From positions 1 to 52,181 of the IMG/VR virus record IMGVR_UViG_3300045988_143416: a stretch of 52,181 nt of DNA. One strand, 5' to 3'. The notes beneath the pieces were generated by a model that had not been told where the DNA came from, did no database searches, and worked only from the letters and a program-made list of their open reading frames with translations. Shown piece after piece: positions 16,268 through 25,627 of this stretch. This stretch comes from a virus. Position numbers and translations under genes: made by a program. Numbering within the stretch: the stretch's first letter is position 1; the number at the start of each line of letters is the position of its first letter.

Positions 16268-16663
16268 ATGACTACATATGACGCAAAAGATTGTACTGTA
16301 ATGGTAAACGGCGTTTATATTACAGGACTTGGCGAGGATATGATTACAGGCGAAAAGGACGAGGATAACTTTGAAACAACCGTCGGCGCACAGGGTGATG
16401 TTTGCATAAGCATTAAGAATGACCCATTAGGAACTGTTACTGTTTCTATTCAATCAACAAGTCCACAAAAGAACTTCCTTTTAGGTCTTGCAAATGTTAA
16501 ACAGCCATTCCCGATTTGGATTGTTAACAAAACACTTCAAGAGCGTTTAGGCGGCTCAAAAGCATTACTCCGCAAAACCCCTGAATTAAGCAGAGGTTCA
16601 GAAGTAGAGGATATGGAGTTTGAATTTGGCGTATTCGACTATATTTGCGAGGGTATAGAATAA
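16268..16663 (+). CDS. Tail tube protein (DUF3277-like)
   Basis: 131 aa with the pattern VNGVYITGLGEDMI...GDV...GTVTVSIQSTSPQKNFL. Confidence 0.6.
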   Translation: MTTYDAKDCTVMVNGVYITGLGEDMITGEKDEDNFETTVGAQGDVCISIKNDPLGTVTVSIQSTSPQKNFLLGLANVKQPFPIWIVNKTLQERLGGSKALLRKTPELSRGSEVEDMEFEFGVFDYICEGIE

Positions 16664-16690
16664 TTCGGAATTACCGAAAATCTAACAACA

Positions 16691-16714
16691 AAGGCGGCTA
16701 AATAGCCGCCTTTT
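16691..16714 (+). terminator. Intrinsic terminator after the tube gene
   Basis: AAGGCGGCTA-AA-TAGCCGCCTT followed by TTTT. Confidence 0.75.
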
Positions 16715-16749
16715 ATATATTAAATTTACTATTTTTGGAGGGCTATAAA

Positions 16750-17046
16750 ATGGCAACAAAGTTTTACACAGTTGAAAAGGAAATTAACGGAAAGAATTAC
16801 AAAGCACAGTTTAGCGGCTTGTCACTTGCATTAAAAGCCGTAGACGAATGCTATATTGAGGGTACAAACAACACAAGCGTTGAAAAGATGTCACAATATC
16901 TTTTTGATAAAGTTATCGTTGACCCAAAGGGACTTACTGTTGATGATTTCGACAATATGGAAGAACTTAACGAGGTTATCGAATTTGCTCGTAATGTAAT
17001 GCAGGGTGATGTAAAGCCTGAAACTGCAAAGGGCAAAAAAGACTAA
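16750..17046 (+). CDS. Tail assembly chaperone (G-like)
   Basis: ATG behind GGAGGG. Located between the tube and tape-measure genes. Paralogous to the next gene. Confidence 0.55.
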   Translation: MATKFYTVEKEINGKNYKAQFSGLSLALKAVDECYIEGTNNTSVEKMSQYLFDKVIVDPKGLTVDDFDNMEELNEVIEFARNVMQGDVKPETAKGKKD

Positions 17047-17067
17047 TTTGTAGTTGTTTTATTCGAT

Positions 17068-17517
17068 ATGGAAACTATAAGAAAGATTATAAACGGCGTT
17101 GAATATACCGCCGTGTGGAAAGGTTATAACTATACCACAAGACGAATAAACGATTGCTTGACAAAAGATAAAAAACGCTATTCAAACAGCAAGTTATCAG
17201 CCGTTATTTTTGATGAAATAATAATAGACCCGAAAGTAACGGTAGACGATTTTGACGACTTGCAAACATTTAATGAAGTCCTTGAATTTGGCAAAAGCGT
17301 ATTATTTGGCGACTTTGAAAAAAAATCAACGGCTAAATTAAAAACAGAAGTCCTCAAAGAGGAGTGGGACTATTGGCGCTTGGTATTTTGTGATATTGCT
17401 AATTTTGATTACGATACCGTTTTTAATCAAATGACACCTCAACAGGTCAAAAAGGCTAATATAGCCCTTGATATAGTTAACGAAGAGATAAACAAAAAAT
17501 CAAAAAAGAAAAAATAA
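17068..17517 (+). CDS. Tail assembly chaperone paralog with a C-terminal extension (GT-like)
   Basis: The first ~90 aa align with 16750-17046 (IINGVEY.., DPK.TVDDFD.., FNEV.EF). About 55 further residues follow. Confidence 0.55.
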   Translation: METIRKIINGVEYTAVWKGYNYTTRRINDCLTKDKKRYSNSKLSAVIFDEIIIDPKVTVDDFDDLQTFNEVLEFGKSVLFGDFEKKSTAKLKTEVLKEEWDYWRLVFCDIANFDYDTVFNQMTPQQVKKANIALDIVNEEINKKSKKKK

Positions 17518-17541
17518 AACGCTCTTGAAATAGAGTGTTTT
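17516..17541 (+). terminator. Intrinsic terminator-like hairpin
   Basis: AAAACGCTCT-loop-AGAGTGTTTT (one G-U pair). Confidence 0.5.
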
Positions 17542-17568
17542 ATACTTCCTTTTGAAAGGAGGTATAAA

Positions 17569-18446
17569 ATGGCAAATGTTATCCGTCAAGATGTTATTGA
17601 AATAGGCTTTAAATCCGATTTAGGCACTCTCAATAAAATCAATGACGGAATGGATAAATTAAAAAAGTCTGTTGGAAATGATGTAAACGACGGCTTAAAC
17701 AAAATGAAAAAAGGTGCTGACGACGCTAAAAAATCCGTTTCAAGTCTTGGAAAGGATAAAGGCGTTGACAAACTGAAAAACGAAGTCAACAAAACATCAG
17801 ACGAAATGAAAAATTTAGGCGGCGAAACAAAGAAATCAAAGAAAATTCTTGACCGCTTAAAAAACACAGACACAACAAGGCTAAACAAAGGTTTAAGCAA
17901 GGTTAGAGAAAATTTATCAAAGATTGCAAAAAAAGCAGGCGGAGCGGCACTGCGAGGGCTTAAAAAGATAGCGAGTATATCTTTTAAGGCTGTAACAGGC
18001 GGTATCGCCGCTTGCGCAACGGCAATCGGTGGACTTGCTTATAAAGCCGTTGCCGCATATTCCGATTATGAACAACTTATAGGCGGTGTTGAAACGCTGT
18101 TAGGTGCAAAGGGCGCAAAGAGTGTTCAAGAATATGCAAAAATGACAGGTAAATCCGTCAGCAAGGTAAAAGGTGAATATAAGAAATTAATAGAAAGTCA
18201 AAAAACAGTTGTTAAAAATGCAAATAACGCATATAAAACGGCAGGACTTTCGGCTAATGATTATATGGAAACCGTAACAGGCTTTGCCGCAAGTTTGTTG
18301 CAGAGTACAGGCAATGACACTAAAAAGGCGGCAAAACTCGCAGATACAGCCGTATCGGATATGGCAGATAACGCCAACAAAATGGGTACTGATATGAGCA
18401 GTATTCAGTGGGCTTATCAAGGCTTTGCAAAACAGAACTACACGAT
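17569..18446 (+). CDS. Tape measure protein, exon 1
   Basis: The reading frame is conserved up to ...AYQGFAKQNYT. Beyond 18446 the track ORF reads only IKSNSRAA and then stops. Confidence 0.8.
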
Positions 18447-18627
18447 TAAATCTAATAGTCGGGCGGCATAGTGATATGTCGTTCAGCGTGTGTGAACTCT
18501 ATCAGAGGTGTGAGGTTAAAATATAGCAGGAAATGGCTATTGAGATAACCTTGCTAACAGGGGAAGCCTAAGTACAAAAGTATATGGTAATCCTGTGCGA
18601 AATTTATATTAATATGCCAAATTATAC

Positions 18628-18656
18628 TTGACAAACATTACAAATTATGGTAATAT
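18628..18656 (+). promoter_or_regulatory. Near-consensus promoter inside the intron, upstream of the HNH ORF
   Basis: TTGACA, 17 nt, TAATAT. Confidence 0.5.
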
Positions 18657-18774
18657 ATGGGTGTAAAAAGATATATTAATATAATAATCGTCAAACGACT
18701 ATCGGTTCGTCACCGAGTACAATACCTATTGATACGGTATTGGAAGTGCACACCAACTTTTAGGAGTACAGGCT

Positions 18775-19254
18775 ATGGAGATTTGGAAAGAAATTACCGA
18801 TTTAAAAGGTTATTCAGTAAGCAACAAAGGAAGAATAAGAAAAGACAGTACAGGTCAAATAATGGCAGTTAGAGAGAATAACGGCTATTTGAGATTTACT
18901 GTTACAAAACATATTCATAGACTTGTTGCAGAAGCATTTATTGAAAAACCTGCAAATGATGAAAAATGTTGGGTAGACCACATAGACGGTAATCGTTCTA
19001 ACAATAATGTTGATAATTTAAGGTGGGTAACGCCGTCGGAAAATGCGTTGGCGTTTGGTTATCAATCAAGAATTAACAACAAAAAAAGAAAAGTTAGAGC
19101 AACAAATCAAAACGGCGAAACAATCATTTTTAATTCTCGACAAGAAGCGGCTAAATATTTTCGCTGTTCGGATAGTGAAATACATTACAATAGACGCTAC
19201 AAAAAAGGAAATAAAAAAGGTTGGGTACTTGAAAAAGTTGAAGATATAGTCTAA
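18775..19254 (+). CDS. HNH homing endonuclease (NUMOD4 + HNH_3 type)
   Basis: EIWKEI..GYSVSNKGRIR (NUMOD4-like), then VDHIDGNRSNNNVDNLRWVTPSENA (HNH_3). Confidence 0.85.
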   Translation: MEIWKEITDLKGYSVSNKGRIRKDSTGQIMAVRENNGYLRFTVTKHIHRLVAEAFIEKPANDEKCWVDHIDGNRSNNNVDNLRWVTPSENALAFGYQSRINNKKRKVRATNQNGETIIFNSRQEAAKYFRCSDSEIHYNRRYKKGNKKGWVLEKVEDIV

Positions 19255-19320
19255 TCCCTAAAGGGCTTATACATTCGTATAGGCTCTTTTTAAATATCGG
19301 GAAACCGAGGGTAGTAAATG

Positions 19321-22300
19321 GTTAGATAACTTGAAGTTAGGTTATGGCGGTACAAAATCCGAAATGCAAAGACTTGTAAAGGACGCCGCTAAACTTGATA
19401 AAAGCATTGACGCTAACAGTTTGTCATATGGCAATATCGTAAAGGCTATTCACGCCGTACAAAAAGAAACAGGCATTTATGGTACAACGCAAAAAGAAGC
19501 GGAACACACCATACAAGGCTCGCTCAATTCTTTAAAATCAGCGTGGGGCAACCTTTTACCTGCATTGATACAAGGCGGTGACACATTCGACCAATGCGTT
19601 GATAATCTTGTTGACTCCGCAAGCATATTTGCTAAAAATGTTAAGCCTGCAATTTTAAAAGCATTGTCGGGTATCAGTAACTTAATTGAAAAAGTAGCAC
19701 CGATTATTGAAAAGGAATTTCCTACACTCGTTGATGAATTATTGCCGCCTTTACTTAAAGCGGCAACATCTTTAGTTAAAGGCTTAATAAAGGCACTGCC
19801 TAACATAATTAAAGTCATTATTGACGAGTTGCCCGAAATTGCAAAGCAGTTAAGTCAAGCACTAACGGACGCATTCGGCATTAAACTTCCTGCTATTGAT
19901 AATATCGTAAATTTCTTTAAAGAAAAGGGCGACGCTATCAAAAAGAGCATACCGTATTTGCTCGGATTTGTGGCTGTATTCAAGGTATTAAAAACCTTGT
20001 CAGGATTTAAACTTGGCGGTGCTTCAAAGGGCGGCGGCTCGTTCCTTTCAGGATTTACAGATATTTTTAAACAACTTGCCGAATTAAAAACAACAACTGT
20101 ATTAAAGGGTATGGCAAACCTCGCTATTATAATTGGAGGATTTACAGGAATAGCCGCATTGCTTATGTTGGTTGCGCCTAAAATCGCTCAATTGTCCGAC
20201 ACAGGCTCAATACTAAAACTTATTTTAGTGATTGGTCTGTTAGGCTTGGTTGGCGGCGCACTTGCAAAGTTTACAGGTGCGGCAGGAAACATACCTATTA
20301 AAACAGTCCTTAAAGGAATTGCAAATATTGCGTTAGTTGTTGCGGCAATGGCGGCATTGTATATGTTGATAGGTGCGGTATCGCTTGTTAGTTTCAATCT
20401 TGCACAAATAACAAAGATTATCGCTATAATCGGCTTATTAGGCACGGTGGGCGCAATTCTAACAGCCTTTGCAGGATTGGCAGGAATGATACCTATTGCA
20501 ATAGTATTAAAAGGCATTGCGAATATAGCATTAGTTGTAGCAGGAATGTCCGCACTTTATTTACTTATCGGTGCGGTTTCTCTTATAAGTTTTGACCTCG
20601 GTCAAATATTAAAGATTGTTGCTATAATCGGTGCTTTGGGCGTAGTTGGTGCGGCTCTCACGGTGTTGGCAGGTTTAGTCGGATTGATACCCATTGCAAT
20701 TGTACTTTTAGGTATCGCAAATATTGCTTTGGTTGTAGCAAGTATGTCGGCTCTCTATTTATTAATAGGAGCAGTTTCACTTGTTAGTTTCGACACCGCT
20801 CAATTATTGCAAATGGTTGGAATAATCAGCGCAATAGGCACAGTCGGTGCGGCTCTTACAGTATTAGCAGGCGTAGTTGGATTGATACCCATACCGATAG
20901 TAATACAAGGTATCGCCAACATTGCGTTAGTTGTGGCAGGAATGTCAGTGCTGTTTTTAGCACTCAACAAACTTACGCAAGAAGTTACAGTTGATGTAGT
21001 GGCTGTTATGCAATTTGTGACTATCATTTCTGCACTATGTTCAATCGGCTCGGGACTTGCAATGTTAGCAGGCACTGTCGGCGCAATAGCGGTAACAACA
21101 ATTGTTAAAGGCATTGCAAACATTGCTCTTGTAGTTGCAGGAACAAGCGTGTTGCTTGTTGCAATAAACAAGTTGTTCACGGAAACTGTAATCAACATTG
21201 CGCAGATACTGCAATTCGTTACAATAATGACCGCTATAAAAACAATAGCACTGTCAATGGCTTCATTTGCGGCTATAATTGCTTTAATTCCTATTACGGC
21301 TACAATAGCAGGCATTACAGGTATGGGATTGATTGTAACGGCGTTTGCAAAAATCAGTCCGAAATTGCAACAATTCATAACTTCCGCAGGTAAATTTTTC
21401 AATAGCATTGCACCGTTGCCCGTTGCAGGATTTGCAAAGGCAAAAATGCTGTTTAGTACCTTATCGCAAATCGGAAACTTGCCGAAAACAGGCGGTATCG
21501 CACAGTTTTTCACAGGCACAACCGATTTATCAGGACTAACAGATAAATTGCCGCCGTTTGGTACGGCAATGGCAAAGTTTTATTCCGCAATAGCACCGAT
21601 AGACGACGCTAACAAAATATCGTCGCTGTTTAAAGCCTTGCAGAATATTAACGATTTGCCGAAATCAGGCGGACTAAAACAAATGTTTTCAGGCGGAAAC
21701 GACTTAACAAAGTTAGGCGAAGCCCTTAAACAATTCGGTGACGATATACAAGGATTTATTGCGGTAGTAAATAAAATCAATCTTGGTAATCTCAATGGGT
21801 TGTGGAACTCGCTGAAACAGCCGAGCAAAATAACTCAAAATTCACTGCAAGTCGTAACGAAAAACATTAACAATATGGTTAGCAAGGCTAAAGAGTTGCC
21901 GAACAAAATGGGTAACGCCATAAAGAGTACAGGCAATGCGTTAGTCAATGCGATAACGAGCATATGGAGTAGAGCGGCTTCCGCTTCTGCGGCAGGTGCA
22001 AACAAAGTTGTTAAAAGTGCAAACTTTGTGTTAAATCAAATTAACGCAAAGAGCAAACTAAAAACAATAGGTTATGCAAACGGCACAAACGGACACAAAG
22101 GCGGTAACGCTGTTGTTAATGACGGCAGAGGTGCGGAATTAGTACAAATGCCAAACGGTCAATCATTTATTCCGTCGGGCAAAAATGTATTTCTTCCGAA
22201 TGCGCCTAAAGGAATGAAAGTATTACCTGCTGACCGCACGGCTCAACTTATGGGTAGGAAATCACCTACTTATAATTACGCCAAAGGTACAGGCGATATA

Positions 22301-23173
22301 GATGTATGGGACTACATTGACAACCCTAAAGGTTTGACAGAGTATATCCGAAAGTCTGCTACTCATAACGGAAACGGCTTTTATTCATCAATGAGGAACG
22401 GCGTTGTTAATACTATCACAAGTAAAATGACACCGTGGTTTAAAAAACAATTTGATGAAATGGGCGCATTAAGTCTTGCAAACTATGACGCTTCAAAAGG
22501 TGTTGAGCAATGGCGCACAACTGTTATTCGTGCCTTGAAAATGGAGGGACAATACAGTGCGGCAAATGTTAAGAGAACACTTTATCAAATGCAAACCGAG
22601 AGTGGCGGAAATCCGAGAGCAATAAACAAATGGGACAGCAACGCTAAAAAAGGCACACCGTCCAAAGGTTTAATGCAAGTGATTGACCCGACATTCAAAT
22701 CATATGCAAGAAAAGGCTTTAACAAAAATATCTATGACCCATTGAGCAATATACTTGCTTCAATTAGATATGCTGTATCACGGTACGGCTCGTTAGGCAG
22801 AGCATATCAAGGACACGGTTATGCTAACGGCGGATTGGTTACAAAAACAGGCTTAATCGCTGAAAAGAATAAGCCTGAAATGGTAATACCGACTGACCCG
22901 AACAAGAGAAAACGCAGTTTGAGTTTGTGGCAACAAACAGGAAATATGCTCGGTGTTCACACCGCAACATACAGCCCTGATAGTGTTGTATCAACGCAAG
23001 GCGAAACAAGCAAAACCGAAAACAATACTTATGCACCTGTATTCAACTTAACAATAAGCGGCACAACCGACGATAGGGCAACCGCTCGCAAGGTTAAGAA
23101 ATGGGTTAAGGAAGCAATGGACGAAGTATTTGAGGGATTGAGTACAAACAATCCTAAATTAAAACAAGTGTAG
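19321..23173 (+). CDS. Tape measure protein, exon 2 (hydrophobic repeats and a C-terminal lytic transglycosylase domain)
   Basis: Continues the exon 1 frame. SLT motif QTESGGNPRAIN...GLMQV at about 22502-22795. The spliced product is about 1576 aa. Confidence 0.85.
20099..21356 (+). repeat. About 6.5 tandem copies of a ~198-bp (66-aa) hydrophobic repeat in the tape measure gene
   Basis: VLKGIANIALVVA...LLIGAVSL.SF...I.AIIG.LG.VGAALT.LAG recurs with a 66-69 aa period. Confidence 0.9.
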
Positions 23174-23186
23174 GGAGGTCTAATGT

Positions 23187-24080
23187 ATGGCTACGATAAA
23201 CGGAATAGCGATATTTGTTGAAAGCGAAAGTATTAAGCATTCAATAGATAGCACAGACCACCCTACCGAAACAGGATTGCCGATAACAAGTAATATTCAA
23301 AAGCAAGCAATTACTTTGAGTATTAGCGGCAAAATTGTAAATAACGGTAAATATAAAGCGTCCGAAATAAAATCAAAGATTGTCAAATTGCACGACAAAG
23401 GCTCTTTGATAACCTATAAAGGACGCAATACCCTTAAAAATTTACAAATACAATCCTTTGATTGCGATTACAGTAAAGATAATTGGGGCGGTCTTGATTT
23501 TTCAATGGAATTAAAGGAAGTGCGCATAGCAAAATCCTCTTATAAATCCAAAGCAAAGAAAAAGAAAAAGACAAAGAAAAGCACAGTTAATAAGCAAGCA
23601 AAGGTAAAGAAATCAAAGCCTAACTTGAAAGTTGGCGCAAAGGTAGTTTTCAAGGGTGGAAATGTCTATGTATCGTCCGACGCAAAGAAAGCGGCGGCAA
23701 AGCGTGGTCGTTCCACCTGCAAAATTACAATAATCAACAAAAGAAGTTGGGCGAAACATCAATACCACTTGATAAGCACGGACGGTAAAAAAGTCTATGG
23801 TTGGGTTGATAAATCAAATATTGAGGGATTGCCTGTTAAGAGTACGACCAAATCAAAATCAAACGGCGGCACTCAACAAACAAAAAACGGCAAGAGCAAA
23901 GCGGTTTATCATAAGACCAAAAAAGGCGATACAGTTTACATTCTTGTAAACAAAAAATACAAATCTTTAGGCAAAAGCGTAAGTTGGGTTGTAAAAAACA
24001 ATCCAAATGCTTTTAGCAAAAAGAACGACCCGAAAACGCTGAAAGTGGGCGTTAAATTACTTATGGGTTATAAGAGTTAG
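23187..24080 (+). CDS. Tail/baseplate protein with a Lys-rich linker, SH3-like middle and LysM-like C-terminus (XkdP-like position)
   Basis: C-terminal YHKTKKGDTVYILVNKKY...LKVGVKLLM is LysM-like. Follows the tape-measure gene. Confidence 0.5.
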   Translation: MATINGIAIFVESESIKHSIDSTDHPTETGLPITSNIQKQAITLSISGKIVNNGKYKASEIKSKIVKLHDKGSLITYKGRNTLKNLQIQSFDCDYSKDNWGGLDFSMELKEVRIAKSSYKSKAKKKKKTKKSTVNKQAKVKKSKPNLKVGAKVVFKGGNVYVSSDAKKAAAKRGRSTCKITIINKRSWAKHQYHLISTDGKKVYGWVDKSNIEGLPVKSTTKSKSNGGTQQTKNGKSKAVYHKTKKGDTVYILVNKKYKSLGKSVSWVVKNNPNAFSKKNDPKTLKVGVKLLMGYKS

Positions 24081-24094
24081 GAGGTTGATAATAA

Positions 24095-24685
24095 ATGAGT
24101 TTAGCAACCTTAAAAGTAAAAGTACAAAAACTGATTGAAAAGGCAAAATTAATTGACTATATGTGGTACAATACGCCATTCGATTATGTTCTGTCCGATA
24201 AAATAACGGATGAGGTATATATTAATAGTTATATGCTTGGTATTATTCCTGATTACATTACAAGTTTCACTTCTAAGAGATTAACAAATATAGGTAATCA
24301 AATGTTTTCTGAATGTCCTAATCTTACAAAAATTGATATGCCTAATGTAACAACAATTGAAACAAGCGCTATATATAACACCCCATTACTTAAAACTATG
24401 ATTATTGGAACTTTGACCCAAGCAACAAATACAAGTTTTAGGCAAGTACAAATAAAAGGTCGGGGCGCATTGGAAACTCTGGTTATTGGTGCAAATACAA
24501 CAGCAGATTTGTACTTGCAATGGTCACATAAATATCCACAATCAGTATTGCACAATATAATTGATAATCTCGCTGACAAAACAGGGCAAACGACAGGCAT
24601 TATAGATTTTGGCGATGTAAACCTTGCAAAAATCAGTGATGAATATAAAGCAAAATTACAAAAAAAGAATTGGGAATATAAATAA
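24095..24685 (+). CDS. Leucine-rich-repeat (BspA-type) protein
   Basis: LTNIGNQMFSECPNLTKIDMPNVTTIETSAIYNTPLLKTMIIG matches the LRR_5-like pattern. Confidence 0.5.
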   Translation: MSLATLKVKVQKLIEKAKLIDYMWYNTPFDYVLSDKITDEVYINSYMLGIIPDYITSFTSKRLTNIGNQMFSECPNLTKIDMPNVTTIETSAIYNTPLLKTMIIGTLTQATNTSFRQVQIKGRGALETLVIGANTTADLYLQWSHKYPQSVLHNIIDNLADKTGQTTGIIDFGDVNLAKISDEYKAKLQKKNWEYK

Positions 24686-24700
24686 GAGAGGTGTATATTT

Positions 24701-24976
24701 ATGTCAACGAAAGATTACACACTTCCGACAATTGAACACGCAACTGTTACACTTACTCAATACGGCAGAGTTGAAGTCCGAATGGACGACGGTTGGGCTT
24801 TTTATCTTCTCGACGAATATCCCGAGGGAACACCTGCGGAGGAAATTTGTTATTACTGTTATGGCGTATTCTCACCGCAAAGGGATTTTGACAGCACATT
24901 TGTTGTGGTTGATAAATCAACTATCAACCCCGACCAACTTTTCGACGGCGACAATCCGCCTGACGAAACAATCTAA
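24701..24976 (+). CDS. Hypothetical protein
   Basis: 91-aa ORF with ATG behind AGAGAGGTG. Confidence 0.5.
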   Translation: MSTKDYTLPTIEHATVTLTQYGRVEVRMDDGWAFYLLDEYPEGTPAEEICYYCYGVFSPQRDFDSTFVVVDKSTINPDQLFDGDNPPDETI

Positions 24977-24987
24977 AGAGGTAGCAA

Positions 24988-25461
24988 ATGAAAAGGGATA
25001 TAATCGAAATCAACAAAGATTTGATACCATACGAATTTGACATTGTTCTTGCTGACGAAACATTCAAAATAGGCGTTAATTTCAACGAAACCGCAGAACT
25101 GTTTACACTTGATTTATCAAAGTTAGACGAGGAAAGCGGTGAGTATGAAGTAATTTGCAAAGGCGAGCCGATTATATACGGCAAGCCGTTATTTTCAGAT
25201 GTTTTTATTAATGGTAAATATCCTGCAATTGATATAGTACCTTTTGATGAGAGCGGCGAGAACAATGCAGTAACATTTGACAATCTTAACGAAACCGTGT
25301 TTTTGTGTATTGATAACACAGACGAGGAAATTAAGATTGAAGCAAAACAATCTCGACTTGAATTTGGCACAGGCGGTACAGGCGACGAGGACGAATGTAT
25401 CCACGAGGACGAAATAGAAGAGATTGAAAAACTTATTGATGATAGCGCAATACTTGATTAA
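24988..25461 (+). CDS. Putative baseplate plug-like protein with a C-terminal IEKLIDDSAILD peptide
   Basis: Located before the hub gene. The N-terminal pattern IPYEFDIVL...FTLDL resembles small baseplate plug proteins (low certainty). Confidence 0.4.
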   Translation: MKRDIIEINKDLIPYEFDIVLADETFKIGVNFNETAELFTLDLSKLDEESGEYEVICKGEPIIYGKPLFSDVFINGKYPAIDIVPFDESGENNAVTFDNLNETVFLCIDNTDEEIKIEAKQSRLEFGTGGTGDEDECIHEDEIEEIEKLIDDSAILD

Positions 25462-25475
25462 AAATATTGAAAATA

Positions 25476-25504
25476 TTGACAATTAAAAGTTATTCTGCTA
25501 TAAT
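25476..25504 (+). promoter_or_regulatory. Perfect consensus sigma-70 promoter inside the tail module
   Basis: TTGACA, 17 nt, TATAAT. Confidence 0.6.
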
Positions 25505-25570
25505 AATGTATGTAGAGGTTTGGTTTCACTTTTACATTACAATTTCATAGGTTTTTACGAAAAGCACGGT

Positions 25571-25600
25571 AAAAAGCACTCTTGAAAAAGGGTGCTTTTT
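25571..25600. terminator. Intrinsic terminator about 65-95 nt downstream of the promoter at 25476
   Basis: AAAAAGCACTC-loop-GGGTGCTTTTT (one G-U pair), flanked by an A-tract and a T-tract. Confidence 0.7.
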
Positions 25601-25627
25601 GCTATGCGTAAAAAGGGCGGTGATTAT

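Larger units (their letters stand above)
18447..19320 (+). mobile_element. Group-I-like self-splicing intron with an HNH homing endonuclease ORF
   Basis: Joining 18446 to 19321 restores ...QNYT-M-LDNLKLGYGGT in frame. Exon 1 ends in U and the intron ends in G. P1 (18443-18446 with 18458-18461, including a U-G pair) and P10 (18453-18456 with 19321-19324) pairings are possible. Confidence 0.75.

Noticed and set aside
18657-18872. 71-aa ORF in the intron upstream of, and overlapping, the HNH gene (also 19043-19249 in another frame)
   Set aside because: It starts inside the -10 region of the intron promoter and is very basic and low-complexity. It overlaps the clearly homologous HNH frame. It is probably intron RNA structure rather than coding sequence.
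20099-21356. Regular ~198-bp repeats, considered as a possible CRISPR-like or satellite array
   Set aside because: The repeats are contiguous with no unique spacers. They are in frame and encode a conserved hydrophobic protein unit inside the tape measure ORF.
20800-21519. 239-aa antisense ORF (also 20188-20517, 19477-19818 and 21580-21828) inside the tape measure gene
   Set aside because: It is the mirror image of the hydrophobic tandem repeats. A codon-biased repetitive sense frame often leaves the antisense frame open. It has no RBS and lies opposite a strongly supported structural gene.
24624-25040. 138-aa track ORF overlapping the ends of three co-oriented tail genes
   Set aside because: It runs out of frame across 24095-24685, 24701-24976 and 24988-25461, each of which has its own RBS-linked start. 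Its composition is basic and low-complexity.
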